A stretch of DNA of 64,000 nt from Spironucleus salmonicida (lineage: Eukaryota): assembly GCF_000497125.1 (NCBI RefSeq), contig NC_090599.1, forward strand, positions 806,001 to 870,000. The letters run 5' to 3'. Position numbers and translations under genes: made by a program. Positions 34,923 to 48,710 of the stretch are shown in pieces. Under the pieces are notes generated by a model. The model did not search any database. It was given only the letters and a program-made list of their open reading frames with translations, and was not told the DNA's origin. Every line of letters begins with the position of its first letter. The stretch's first letter is position 1.

Positions 34923-37900
34923 GCTCACGCAAGCTGGGTAAGGTTCACGCAAGCTGGTCGGCTCACGCAAGCTGGTCGGCTCACGCAAACTGGGTAAGGC
35001 TCACGCAAGCTGGGTAAGGTTCACGCAAGCTGGTCGGCTCACGCAAGCTGGGTAAGGTTCACGCAAGCTGGTCGGCTCACGCAAGCTGGGTAAGGCTCAC
35101 GCAAGCTGGGTAAGGTTCACGCAAGCTGGTCGGCTCACGCAAGCTGGGTAAGGTTCACGCAAGCTGGTCGGCTCACGCAAGCTGGGTAAGGCTCACGCAA
35201 GCTGGGTAAGGTTCACGCAAGCTGGTCGGCTCACGCAAGCTGGGTAAGGTTCACGCAAGCTGGTCGGCTCACGCAAGCTGGGTAAGGTTCACGCAAGCTG
35301 GTCGGCTCACGCAAGCTGGGTAAGGCTCACGCAAGCTGGGTAAGGTTCACGCAAGCTGGTCGGCTCACGCAAGCTGGGTAAGGTTCACGCAAGCTGGTCG
35401 GCTCACGCAAGCTGGGTAAGGCTCACGCAAGCTGGGTAAGGTTCACGCAAGCTGGTCGGCTCACGCAAGCTGGGTAAGGCTCACGCAAGCTGGTCGGCTC
35501 ACGCAAGCTGGGTAAGGTTCACGCAAGCTGGTCGGCTCACGCAAGCTGGGTAAGGCTCACGCAAGCTGGTCGGCTCACGCAAGCTGGGTAAGGCTCACGC
35601 AAGCTGGGTAAGGTTCACGCAAGCTGGTCGGCTCACGCAAGCTGGGTAAGGCTCACGCAAGCTGGTCGGCTCACGCAAGCTGGGTAAGGTTCACGCAAGC
35701 TGGTCGGCTCACGCAAGCTGGGTAAGGCTCACGCAAGCTGGTCGGCTCACGCAAGCTGGGTAAGGTTCACGCAAGCTGGTCGGCTCACGCAAGCTGGGTA
35801 AGGCTCACGCAAGCTGGTCGGCTCACGCAAGCTGGGGTCAGAGCTGGTAAGGTCACGCAAGCTGGTCGGCTCACGCAAGCTGGGTAAGGCTCACGCAAGC
35901 TGGTCGGCTCACGCAAGCTGGGTAAGGCTCACGCAAGCTGGGTAAGGTTCACGCAAGCTGGTCGGCTCACGCAAGCTGGGTAAGGTTCACGCAAGCTGGT
36001 CGGCTCACGCAAGCTGGGTAAGGCTCACGCAAGCTGGGTAAGGTTCACGCAAGCTGGTCGGCTCACGCAAGCTGGGTAAGGCTCACGCAAGCTGGGTAAG
36101 GTTCACGCAAGCTGGTCGGCTCACGCAAGCTGGGTAAGGTTCACGCAAGCTGGTCGGCTCACGCAAGCTGGGTAAGGTTCACGCAAGCTGGTCGGCTCAC
36201 GCAAGCTGGGTAAGGTTCACGCAAGCTGGTCGGCTCACGCAAGCTGGGTAAGGTTCACGCAAGCTGGTCGGCTCACGCAAGCTGGGTAAGGCTCACGCAA
36301 GCTGGGTAAGGCTCATGCAAACTGGGTAAGGTTCACGCAAGCTGGGTAAGGTTCACGCAAGCTGGGTAAGGCTCACGCAAGCTGGTCGGCTCATGCAAAC
36401 TGGTCGGCTCACGCAAGCTGGTCGGCTCACGCAAGCTGGGTAAGGCTCATGCAAACTGGTCGGCTCACGCAAGCTGGGTAAGGCTCATGCAAACTGGTCG
36501 GCTCACGCAAGCTGGTCGGCTCACGCAAGCTGGGTAAGGCTCATGCAAACTGGTCGGCTCACGCAAGCTGGTCGGCTCACGCAAGCTGGGTAAGGTTCAC
36601 GCAAGCTGGGTAAGGTTCACGCAAGCTGGGTAAGGTTCACGCAAGCTGGTCGGCTCACGCAAGCTGGGTAAGGCTCATGCAAACTGGTCGGTTCACGCAA
36701 GCTGGTCGGTTCACGCAAGCTGGTCGGCTCACGCAAGCTGGGTAAGGCTCATGCAAACTGGTCGGTTCACGCAAGCTGGTCGGTTCACGCAAGCTGGTCG
36801 GCTCACGCAAGCTGGGTAAGGTTCACGCAAGCTGGGTAAGGCTCATGCAAACTGGTCGGCTCACGCAAGCTGGGTAAGGTTCATGCAAACTGGTCGGCTC
36901 ATGCAAGCTGGGTAAGGTTCACGCAAGCTGGGTAAGGCTCATGCAAACTGGGTAAGGCTCACGCAAGCTGGGTAAGGTTCACGCAAGCTGGGTAAGGCTC
37001 ATGCAAACTGGTCGGCTCACGCAAGCTGGGTAAGGCTCATGCAAACTGGTCGGCTCACGCAAGCTGGTCGGCTCACGCAAGCTGGGTAAGGCTCATGCAA
37101 ACTGGTCGGCTCACGCAAGCTGGTCGGCTCACGCAAGCTGGGTAAGGTTCATGCAAACTGGTCGGCTCATGCAAGCTGGGTAAGGTTCACGCAAGCTGGG
37201 TAAGGCTCATGCAAACTGGTCGGCTCACGCAAGCTGGTCGGCTCACGCAAGCTGGGTAAGGTTCACGCAAGCTGGGTAAGGCTCATGCAAACTGGTCGGC
37301 TCATGCAAACTGGTCGGCTCACGCAAGCTGGTCGGCTCACGCAAGCTGGGTAAGGTTCACGCAAGCTGGGTAAGGCTCATGCAAACTGGTCGGCTCACGC
37401 AAGCTGGGTAAGGCTCATGCAAACTGGTCGGCTCACGCAAGCTGGTCGGCTCACGCAAGCTGGGTAAGGTTCATGCAAACTGGTCGGCTCATGCAAGCTG
37501 GGTAAGGTTCACGCAAGCTGGGTAAGGCTCATGCAAACTGGGTAAGGCTCACGCAAGCTGGGTAAGGTTCACGCAAGCTGGGTAAGGCTCATGCAAACTG
37601 GTCGGCTCACGCAAGCTGGGTAAGGCTCATGCAAACTGGTCGGCTCACGCAAGCTGGTCGGCTCACGCAAGCTGGGTAAGGCTCATGCAAACTGGTCGGC
37701 TCACGCAAGCTGGTCGGCTCACGCAAGCTGGGTAAGGCTCATGCAAACTGGTCGGCTCACGCAAGCTGGGTAAGGTTCACGCAAGCTGGGTAAGGTTCAC
37801 GCAAGCTGGTCGGCTCACGTAAGCTGGGTAAGGCTCATGCAAGCTGGGTAAGGCTCATGCAAACTGGTCGGCTCACGCAAGCTGGGTAAGGCTCATGCAA

Positions 37901-40900
37901 ACTGGTCGGCTCACGCAAGCTGGGTAAGGTTCACGCAAGCTGGTCGGCTCACGCAAGCTGGGTAAGGCTCATGCAAACTGGTCGGCTCATGCAAACTGGT
38001 CGGCTCACGCAAGCTGGTCGGCTCACGCAAGCTGGGTAAGGTTCATGCAAACTGGTCGGCTCACGCAAGCTGGGTAAGGTTCACGCAAGCTGGGTAAGGC
38101 TCATGCAAACTGGTCGGCTCACGCAAGCTGGGTAAGGTTCACGCAAGCTGGTCGGCTCACGCAAGCTGGGTAAGGCTCATGCAAACTGGTCGGCTCATGC
38201 AAACTGGTCGGCTCACGCAAGCTGGGTAAGGTTCACGCAAGCTGGTCGGCTCACGCAAGCTGGGTAAGGCTCATGCAAACTGGTCGGCTCACGCAAGCTG
38301 GGTAAGGTTCACGCAAGCTGGTCGGCTCACGCAAGCTGGTCGGCTCACGCAAGCTGGGTAAGGTTCACGCAAGCTGGGTAAGGCTCATGCAAACTGGTCG
38401 GCTCACGCAAGCTGGTCGGCTCACGCAAGCTGGTCGGTTCACGCAAGCTGGGTAAGGTTCACGCAAGCTGGTCGGTTCACGCAAGCTGGGTAAGGCTCAC
38501 GCAAGCTGGTCGGCTCACGCAAGCTGGTCGGTTCACGCAAGCTGGGTAAGGTTCACGCAAGCTGGTCGGCTCACGCAAGCTGGTCGGTTCACGCAAGCTG
38601 GGTAAGGTTCACGCAAGCTGGTCGGCTCACGCAAGCTGGGTAAGGTTCACGCAAGCTGGTCGGCTCACGCAAGCTGGGTAAGGTTCACGCAAGCTGGGTA
38701 AGGTTCACGCAAGCTGGTCGGCTCACGCAAGCTGGTCGGTTCACGCAAGCTGGGTAAGGCTCACGCAAGCTGGGTAAGGCTCATGCAAACTGGTCGGCTC
38801 ACGCAAGCTGGTCGGCTCACGCAAACTGGTCGGCTCACGCAAGCTGGTCGGCTCACGCAAGCTGGGTAAGGCTCATGCAAACTGGTCGGTTCACGCAAGC
38901 TGGGTAAGGTTCATGCAAACTGGTCGGCTCACGCAAGCTGGTCGGCTCATGCAAACTGGTCGGCTCACGCAAGCTGGGTAAGGTTCACGCAAGCTGGGTA
39001 AGGTTCACGCAAGCTGGGTAAGGTTCACGCAAGCTGGTCGGCTCACGCAAGCTGGGTAAGGCTCATGCAAACTGGTCGGTTCACGCAAGCTGGTCGGTTC
39101 ACGCAAGCTGGTCGGCTCACGCAAGCTGGGTAAGGTTCACGCAAGCTGGGTAAGGTTCACGCAAGCTGGGTAAGGCTCATGCAAACTGGGTAAGGTTCAT
39201 GCAAACTGGTCGGCTCACGCAAGCTGGGTAAGGTTCACGCAAGCTGGTCGGTTCACGCAAGCTGGGTAAGGCTCATGCAAGCTGGTCGGCTCACGCAAGC
39301 TGGTCGGCTCACGTAAGCTGGGTAAGGCTCACGCAAGCTGGGTAAGGCTCATGCAAGCTGGGTAAGGCTCATGCAAGCTGGTCGGCTCACGCAAGCTGGT
39401 CGGTTCACGCAAGCTGGGTAAGGTTCATGCAAGCTGGGTAAGGTTCACGCAAGCTGGTCGGCTCACGCAAGCTGGTCGGCTCACGCAAGCTGGGTAAGGC
39501 TCATGCAAACTGGTCGGCTCACGCAAGCTGGGTAAGGTTCACGCAAGCTGGTCGGCTCACGCAAGCTGGTCGGCTCACGCAAGCTGGGTAAGGCTCATGC
39601 AAGCTGGTCGGCTCACGCAAGCTGGTCGGCTCACGCAAGCTGGGTAAGGTTCACGCAAGCTGGTCGGCTCACGCAAACTGGTCGGCTCACGCAAGCTGGT
39701 CGGCTCACGCAAGCTGGGTAAGGCTCATGCAAGCTGGTCGGCTCACGCAAGCTGGTCGGCTCACGCAAGCTGGGTAAGGTTCACGCAAGCTGGTCGGCTC
39801 ACGCAAGCTGGTCGGCTCACGCAAGCTGGGTAAGGCTCATGCAAACTGGTCGGCTCACGCAAGCTGGTCGGCTCACGCAAGCTGGGTAAGGTTCACGCAA
39901 GCTGGGTAAGGTTCACGCAAGCTGGGTAAGGTTCACGCAAGCTGGTCGGCTCACGCAAGCTGGGTAAGGCTCATGCAAACTGGTCGGTTCACGCAAGCTG
40001 GTCGGTTCACGCAAGCTGGTCGGCTCACGCAAGCTGGGTAAGGTTCACGCAAGCTGGTCGGTTCACGCAAGCTGGGTAAGGCTCACGCAAGCTGGGTAAG
40101 GCTCATGCAAACTGGTCGGCTCACGCAAGCTGGTCGGCTCACGCAAGCTGGGTAAGGCTCATGCAAACTGGTCGGTTCACGCAAGCTGGTCGGTTCACGC
40201 AAGCTGGTCGGCTCACGCAAGCTGGGTAAGGTTCACGCAAGCTGGTCGGTTCACGCAAGCTGGGTAAGGCTCATGCAAACTGGTCGGCTCACGCAAGCTG
40301 GGTAAGGCTCATGCAAACTGGTCGGCTCACGCAAGCTTGGTAAGGCTCACGCAAGCTGGGTAAGGCTCATGCAAACTGGTCGGCTCACGCAAGCTGGTCG
40401 GCTCACGCAAGCTGGGTAAGGCTCATGCAAACTGGTCGGTTCACGCAAGCTGGTCGGTTCACGCAAGCTGGTCGGCTCACGCAAGCTGGGTAAGGTTCAC
40501 GCAAGCTGGTCGGTTCACGCAAGCTGGGTAAGGCTCATGCAAACTGGTCGGCTCACGCAAGCTGGGTAAGGCTCATGCAAACTGGTCGGCTCACGCAAGC
40601 TTGGTAAGGCTCATGCAAACTGGGTAAGGTTCACGCAAGCTGGGTAAGGTTCACGCAAGCTGGGTAAGGTTCACGCAAGCTGGTCGGCTCACGCAAGCTG
40701 GGTAAGGCTCATGCAAGCTGGGTAAGGTTCACGCAAGCTGGTCGGCTCACGCAAGCTGGGTAAGGCTCATGCAAACTGGTCGGTTCACGCAAGCTGGTCG
40801 GTTCACGCAAGCTGGTCGGCTCACGCAAGCTGGGTAAGGTTCACGCAAGCTGGTCGGCTCACGCAAGCTGGGTAAGGTTCACGCAAGCTGGTCGGCTCAC

Positions 40901-43900
40901 GCAAGCTGGTCGGCTCACGCAAGCTGGGTAAGGTTCATGCAAACTGGTCGGTTCACGCAAGCTGGTCGGTTCACGCAAGCTGGGTAAGGTTCACGCAAGC
41001 TGGTCGGCTCACGCAAGCTGGGTAAGGTTCATGCAAACTGGTCGGCTCATGCAAGCTGGGTAAGGTTCACGCAAGCTGGGTAAGGCTCATGCAAACTGGT
41101 CGGCTCACGCAAGCTGGTCGGCTCACGCAAGCTGGGTAAGGTTCACGCAAGCTGGGTAAGGCTCATGCAAACTGGTCGGCTCACGCAAGCTGGGTAAGGC
41201 TCATGCAAACTGGTCGGCTCACGCAAGCTGGTCGGCTCACGCAAGCTGGGTAAGGTTCATGCAAACTGGTCGGCTCATGCAAGCTGGGTAAGGTTCACGC
41301 AAGCTGGGTAAGGCTCATGCAAACTGGGTAAGGCTCACGCAAGCTGGGTAAGGTTCACGCAAGCTGGGTAAGGCTCATGCAAGCTGGGTAAGGTTCACGC
41401 AAGCTGGGTAAGGCTCATGCAAACTGGTCGGCTCACGCAAGCTGGTCGGCTCACGCAAGCTGGGTAAGGTTCACGCAAGCTGGGTAAGGCTCATGCAAAC
41501 TGGTCGGCTCACGCAAGCTGGGTAAGGCTCATGCAAACTGGTCGGCTCACGCAAGCTGGTCGGCTCACGCAAGCTGGGTAAGGTTCATGCAAACTGGTCG
41601 GCTCATGCAAGCTGGGTAAGGTTCACGCAAGCTGGGTAAGGCTCATGCAAACTGGTCGGCTCACGCAAGCTGGTCGGCTCACGCAAGCTGGGTAAGGCTC
41701 ATGCAAACTGGTCGGCTCACGCAAGCTGGGTAAGGCTCATGCAAACTGGTCGGCTCACGCAAGCTGGGTAAGGCTCATGCAAACTGGTCGGCTCACGCAA
41801 GCTGGGTAAGGCTCATGCAAACTGGTCGGCTCACGCAAGCTGGGTAAGGCTCATGCAAACTGGTCGGCTCACGCAAGCTGGGTAAGGCTCATGCAAACTG
41901 GTCGGCTCACGCAAGCTGGGTAAGGCTCATGCAAACTGGTCGGCTCACGCAAGCTGGTCGGCTCACGCAAGCTGGGTAAGGCTCATGCAAGCTGGTCGGC
42001 TCACGCAAGCTGGTCGGCTCACGCAAGCTGGGTAAGGCTCATGCAAACTGGTCGGCTCACGCAAGCTGGTCGGCTCACGCAAGCTGGGTAAGGCTCATGC
42101 AAACTGGTCGGCTCACGCAAGCTGGGTAAGGCTCATGCAAACTGGTCGGCTCACGCAAGCTGGTCGGCTCACGCAAGCTGGGTAAGGCTCATGCAAACTG
42201 GTCGGCTCACGCAAGCTGGGTAAGGCTCATGCAAACTGGTCGGCTCACGCAAGCTGGGTAAGGCTCATGCAAACTGGTCGGCTCACGCAAGCTGGGTAAG
42301 GCTCATGCAAACTGGTCGGCTCACGCAAGCTGGGTAAGGCTCATGCAAACTGGTCGGCTCACGCAAGCTGGTCGGCTCACGCAAGCTGGGTAAGGCTCAT
42401 GCAAGCTGGTCGGCTCACGCAAGCTGGGTAAGGCTCACGCAAGCTGGTCGGCTCACGCAAGCTGGGTAAGGTTCACGCAAGCTGGTCGGCTCACGCAAGC
42501 TGGGTAAGGTTCACGCAAACTGGTCGGCTCACGCAAGCTGGGTAAGGTTCACGCAAGCTGGGTAAGGTTCACGCAAGCTGGTCGGCTCACGTAAGCTGGG
42601 TAAGGCTCATGCAAACTGGTCGGCTCACGCAAGCTGGTCGGCTCACGCAAGCTGGGTAAGGCTCATGCAAACTGGTCGGCTCATGCAAGCTGGGTAAGGT
42701 TCACGCAAGCTGGGTAAGGCTCATGCAAACTGGGTAAGGCTCACGCAAGCTGGGTAAGGTTCACGCAAGCTGGGTAAGGCTCATGCAAACTGGTCGGCTC
42801 ACGCAAGCTGGGTAAGGCTCATGCAAACTGGTCGGCTCACGCAAGCTGGTCGGCTCACGCAAGCTGGGTAAGGTTCACGCAAGCTGGGTAAGGTTCACGC
42901 AAGCTGGTCGGCTCACGTAAGCTGGGTAAGGCTCATGCAAACTGGTCGGCTCACGCAAGCTGGTCGGCTCATGCAAACTGGTCGGCTCACGCAAGCTGGG
43001 TAAGGTTCACGCAAGCTGGGTAAGGTTCACGCAAGCTGGGTAAGGTTCACGCAAGCTGGGTAAGGCTCATGCAAACTGGGTAAGGTTCATGCAAACTGGT
43101 CGGCTCACGCAAGCTGGGTAAGGTTCACGCAAGCTGGTCGGTTCACGCAAGCTGGGTAAGGCTCATGCAAGCTGGTCGGCTCACGCAAGCTGGGTAAGGT
43201 TCACGCAAGCTGGTCGGCTCACGCAAGCTGGGTAAGGCTCATGCAAACTGGTCGGTTCACGCAAGCTGGTCGGTTCACGCAAGCTGGGTAAGGCTCATGC
43301 AAGCTGGTCGGCTCACGCAAGCTGGGTAAGGCTCATGCAAACTGGTCGGTTCACGCAAGCTGGTCGGTTCACGCAAGCTGGTCGGCTCACGCAAGCTGGG
43401 TAAGGTTCACGCAAGCTGGTCGGTTCACGCAAGCTGGGTAAGGCTCATGCAAACTGGTCGGCTCACGCAAGCTGGGTAAGGCTCATGCAAACTGGTCGGC
43501 TCACGCAAGCTTGGTAAGGCTCATGCAAACTGGGTAAGGTTCACGCAAGCTGGGTAAGGTTCACGCAAGCTGGGTAAGGTTCACGCAAGCTGGTCGGCTC
43601 ACGCAAGCTGGGTAAGGCTCATGCAAGCTGGGTAAGGTTCACGCAAGCTGGTCGGCTCACGCAAGCTGGGTAAGGCTCATGCAAACTGGTCGGTTCACGC
43701 AAGCTGGTCGGTTCACGCAAGCTGGTCGGCTCACGCAAGCTGGGTAAGGTTCACGCAAGCTGGTCGGCTCACGCAAGCTGGGTAAGGTTCACGCAAGCTG
43801 GTCGGCTCACGCAAGCTGGTCGGCTCACGCAAGCTGGGTAAGGTTCATGCAAACTGGTCGGTTCACGCAAGCTGGTCGGTTCACGCAAGCTGGGTAAGGT

Positions 43901-46900
43901 TCACGCAAGCTGGTCGGCTCACGCAAGCTGGGTAAGGTTCATGCAAACTGGTCGGCTCATGCAAGCTGGGTAAGGTTCACGCAAGCTGGGTAAGGCTCAT
44001 GCAAACTGGTCGGCTCACGCAAGCTGGTCGGCTCACGCAAGCTGGGTAAGGTTCACGCAAGCTGGGTAAGGCTCATGCAAACTGGTCGGCTCACGCAAGC
44101 TGGGTAAGGCTCATGCAAACTGGTCGGCTCACGCAAGCTGGTCGGCTCACGCAAGCTGGGTAAGGTTCATGCAAACTGGTCGGCTCATGCAAGCTGGGTA
44201 AGGTTCACGCAAGCTGGGTAAGGCTCATGCAAACTGGGTAAGGCTCACGCAAGCTGGGTAAGGCTCATGCAAACTGGTCGGCTCACGCAAGCTGGTCGGC
44301 TCACGCAAGCTGGGTAAGGCTCATGCAAACTGGTCGGCTCACGCAAGCTGGTCGGCTCACGCAAGCTGGGTAAGGCTCATGCAAACTGGTCGGCTCACGC
44401 AAGCTGGGTAAGGCTCATGCAAACTGGTCGGCTCACGCAAGCTGGGTAAGGCTCATGCAAACTGGTCGGCTCACGCAAGCTGGGTAAGGCTCATGCAAAC
44501 TGGTCGGCTCACGCAAGCTGGGTAAGGCTCATGCAAACTGGTCGGCTCACGCAAGCTGGGTAAGGCTCATGCAAACTGGTCGGCTCACGCAAGCTGGGTA
44601 AGGCTCATGCAAACTGGTCGGCTCACGCAAGCTGGTCGGCTCACGCAAGCTGGGTAAGGCTCATGCAAGCTGGTCGGCTCACGCAAGCTGGTCGGCTCAC
44701 GCAAGCTGGGTAAGGCTCATGCAAACTGGTCGGCTCACGCAAGCTGGTCGGCTCACGCAAGCTGGGTAAGGCTCATGCAAACTGGTCGGCTCACGCAAGC
44801 TGGGTAAGGCTCATGCAAACTGGTCGGCTCACGCAAGCTGGGTAAGGCTCATGCAAACTGGTCGGCTCACGCAAGCTGGGTAAGGCTCATGCAAACTGGT
44901 CGGCTCACGCAAGCTGGGTAAGGCTCATGCAAACTGGTCGGCTCACGCAAGCTGGTCGGCTCACGCAAGCTGGGTAAGGCTCATGCAAGCTGGTCGGCTC
45001 ACGCAAGCTGGGTAAGGCTCACGCAAGCTGGTCGGCTCACGCAAGCTGGGTAAGGTTCACGCAAGCTGGTCGGCTCACGCAAGCTGGGTAAGGTTCACGC
45101 AAACTGGTCGGCTCACGCAAGCTGGGTAAGGTTCACGCAAGCTGGGTAAGGTTCACGCAAGCTGGTCGGCTCACGTAAGCTGGGTAAGGCTCATGCAAAC
45201 TGGTCGGCTCACGCAAGCTGGTCGGCTCACGCAAGCTGGGTAAGGCTCATGCAAACTGGTCGGCTCATGCAAGCTGGGTAAGGTTCACGCAAGCTGGGTA
45301 AGGCTCATGCAAACTGGGTAAGGCTCACGCAAGCTGGGTAAGGTTCACGCAAGCTGGGTAAGGCTCATGCAAACTGGTCGGCTCACGCAAGCTGGGTAAG
45401 GCTCATGCAAACTGGTCGGCTCACGCAAGCTGGTCGGCTCACGCAAGCTGGGTAAGGTTCACGCAAGCTGGGTAAGGTTCACGCAAGCTGGTCGGCTCAC
45501 GTAAGCTGGGTAAGGCTCATGCAAACTGGTCGGCTCACGCAAGCTGGTCGGCTCATGCAAACTGGTCGGCTCACGCAAGCTGGGTAAGGTTCACGCAAGC
45601 TGGGTAAGGTTCACGCAAGCTGGTCGGCTCACGCAAGCTGGGTAAGGCTCATGCAAACTGGTCGGTTCACGCAAGCTGGTCGGTTCACGCAAGCTGGTCG
45701 GCTCACGCAAGCTGGGTAAGGTTCACGCAAGCTGGGTAAGGTTCACGCAAGCTGGGTAAGGCTCATGCAAACTGGGTAAGGTTCATGCAAACTGGTCGGC
45801 TCACGCAAGCTGGGTAAGGTTCACGCAAGCTGGTCGGTTCACGCAAGCTGGGTAAGGCTCATGCAAGCTGGTCGGCTCACGCAAGCTGGGTAAGGTTCAC
45901 GCAAGCTGGTCGGCTCACGCAAGCTGGGTAAGGCTCATGCAAACTGGTCGGTTCACGCAAGCTGGTCGGTTCACGCAAGCTGGTCGGCTCACGCAAGCTG
46001 GGTAAGGTTCACGCAAGCTGGTCGGCTCACGCAAGCTGGTCGGCTCACGCAAGCTGGGTAAGGTTCACGCAAGCTGGTCGGCTCACGCAAGCTGGTCGGC
46101 TCACGCAAGCTGGGTAAGGTTCATGCAAACTGGTCGGTTCACGCAAGCTGGTCGGTTCACGCAAGCTGGGTAAGGTTCACGCAAGCTGGTCGGCTCACGC
46201 AAGCTGGGTAAGGTTCACGCAAGCTGGGTAAGGTTCACGCAAGCTGGGTAAGGCTCATGCAAACTGGGTAAGGTTCATGCAAACTGGTCGGCTCACGCAA
46301 GCTGGGTAAGGTTCACGCAAGCTGGGTAAGGCTCATGCAAACTGGTCGGCTCACGCAAGCTGGGTAAGGTTCACGCAAGCTGGTCGGCTCACGCAAGCTG
46401 GGTAAGGTTCACGCAAGCTGGGTAAGGTTCACGCAAGCTGGGTAAGGCTCATGCAAACTGGGTAAGGCTCATGCAAGCTGGGTAAGGTTCACGCAAGCTG
46501 GGTAAGGCTCACGCAAACTGGTCGGCTCACGCAAGCTGGTCGGTTCATGCAAGCTGGGTAAGGTTCACGCAAGCTGGGTAAGGCTCATGCAAACTGGGTA
46601 AGGCTCACGCAAGCTGGGTAAGGTTCACGCAAGCTGGGTAAGGCTCATGCAAACTGGTCGGCTCACGCAAGCTGGGTAAGGCTCATGCAAACTGGTCGGT
46701 TCACGCAAACTGGTCGGCTCACGCAAGCTGGGTAAGGCTCATGCAAGCTGGGTAAGGCTCACGCAAGCTGGGTAAGGTTCACGCAAGCTGGTCGGCTCAT
46801 GCAAACTGGTCGGCTCACGCAAGCTGGGTAAGGCTCATGCAAGCTGGGTAAGGCTCACGCAAGCTGGGTAAGGTTCACGCAAGCTGGTCGGCTCATGCAA

Positions 46901-47104
46901 ACTGGTCGGCTCATGCAAACTGGTCGGCTCACGCAAGCTGGGTAAGGCTCATGCAAACTGGTCGGCTCACGCAAGCTGGTCGGCTCACGCAAGCTGGGTA
47001 AGGCTCATGCAAACTGGTCGGCTCACGCAAGCTGGGTAAGGCTCATGCAAACTGGTCGGCTCACGCAAGCTGGGTAAGGTTCACGCAAGCTGGGTAAGGC
47101 TCAC
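34923..47104. repeat. ~12.2-kb minisatellite of interspersed 18- and 20-bp variant units (roughly 640 units)
   Basis: Consensus GG[C/T]TCA[C/T]GCAA[G/A]CTGG[GTAA/TC]; unit count estimated from length / ~19. Confidence 0.97.
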
Positions 47105-47631
47105 AATATTACTAAAACCTTTAAAAAGTAATGTAGTTCGAAAATTAATTAAACAAAGGAAATATAAACGAAATAAATACAATATTAATTTATTGATGTT
47201 TTTTATAAATTTAGAGTTGAAAAATTTTAATATTCTCATTAACTATCAAAAATTACTAAAGTAGTAGTCATCATTCATTAACTCATAAAACAGCATATTA
47301 GAGTTTTGGAAAAAGTATCACAATTTTATTGTTCGCTCATGTAAATGATAAAATCATGACGCCTTTTACCAAAACTACAAATAAATTTTTTAATGACTTT
47401 ATAAATAATGACTGACTCCTAGTAAATATAACTTCATTAAATTATATTAGCTTAAGTTTTAAGAAAACAATATTATCTAAAATTAGATTGCAAATTCTAA
47501 ATGTACTATTTTCTATAACAAACCAACGTTAGGATCCAGTTATAAACTTTCTACCTGCCGTCGCTAGCCCGACCTGGCCCTCGGCGGGAGCACATGCCTG
47601 CGAGTGAGCGCGGTTCCTCTCACTACTGCGG

Positions 47632-47994
47632 TCAGCCCGCGGCCACCAGCCGGAACACCGCCTTGAAGAGGGACCTGAAGGGGCTGAAAAGGTAGAGGAA
47701 TGCACCCCACTCCAGGATGCTGCCCACCACGACGTAGTGGTTCAGCGCGGCCAGGACGCCCAGCATCATGAGTGCGAACGCGAGCTTCTGCTCCGGGCTC
47801 TGCAGAAACGCCTGGAAGTTGCCGAGGCCGACGAAGAAGACGACGCCGACCTGGAGCACGAGGCCGGCCAGCGAGACCAGCGCGAAGTCGAGCGTGAGCA
47901 GCCCCAGGAGGGCGAGCGCGAGCGACACCGCGAAGACGAGGCAGGCGAGGCGGCGGTCCTGGGCGAGCAGGGCGGCGGCGAGCGAGGCCTCCAT
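47632..47994 (-). CDS. GOT1: Got1-like protein (copy E)
   Basis: Same translation as copy C. Confidence 0.75.
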   Translation of the reverse strand: MEASLAAALLAQDRRLACLVFAVSLALALLGLLTLDFALVSLAGLVLQVGVVFFVGLGNFQAFLQSPEQKLAFALMMLGVLAALNHYVVVGSILEWGAFLYLFSPFRSLFKAVFRLVAAG

Positions 47995-48036
47995 TGTGGG
48001 CCGGCGGCGCGCGCCTGCGTCCTCCCGGAAGGGCAT

Positions 48037-48119
48037 GCATTTTTGGCCGAGTGGTTAAGGCGTAACGTTAAGGCCGTTATGGGACTTATCCCGCGTGGGT
48101 TCGAGCCCCACAGAATGCA
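48037..48119 (+). tRNA. tRNA-Leu(AAG), copy E
   Basis: Same sequence as copy B. Confidence 0.92.
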
Positions 48120-48194
48120 ATTTGCCCAGACTACAATTTCCCCCAGACTGCAGTTTGCCGCGCGTGTCTCGTGTGGGGTGCGCCGCGACAAAAT

Positions 48195-48267
48195 TACCGG
48201 TGACGGGGCTCGAACCCGCGACCACAGGATTAAGAGTCCTGTGCTCTACCGACTGAGCTACACCGGC
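48195..48267 (-). tRNA. tRNA-Lys(CTT), copy E
   Basis: Same sequence as copy B. Confidence 0.95.
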
Positions 48268-48315
48268 CTGGCTCCAGTCCGGGTCCCGCGCGCCCAGATC
48301 CAGTGACGAAGCAGC

Positions 48316-48547
48316 TCAGAGCAGGTTCTTGGGGCCGAAGGCGTGGGGGAGCACCTGCGTGAGCGGCATCTCCATCGTGACCTCGCCCGCGCCGTTCAGC
48401 ATGATGCACCACATGTCCGCGCCGAACTCGTTCAGCACCTGCCTGCACGAGCCGCAGGGCAGCCCGGAGTCCCTCGTCACGATCGCCACCGCCACGATGT
48501 TGCGGTGCCCCTGGGCGACCGCGGTGCCGATCGCCGTCTTCTCGGCG
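48316..48547 (-). pseudogene. Cytidine deaminase 3' fragment (copy E)
   Basis: Identity starts at AEKTAIG; AT-rich junction at ~48547. Confidence 0.8.
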
Positions 48548-48710
48548 AAATATGTTAACTTTTGATAATAGAAGTGTGCTGAGATGACCTCAGTACGCTT
48601 CTGCTTGGTAGTATAATATTTTTATAGAGAACTGAATTAATATGGCCATGATTATTTAAGGAAAATTAAGTTAATTATTTAATAAAAATTATTTGATAAA
48701 GAAAAGATAT

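Noticed and set aside
34923-47104. CRISPR array
   Set aside because: No unique spacers, no cas genes, eukaryotic context.
34923-47104. Giant plus-strand ORF, since the array has no TGA on +
   Set aside because: 20-bp units shift frame irregularly; openness follows trivially from the unit sequence.
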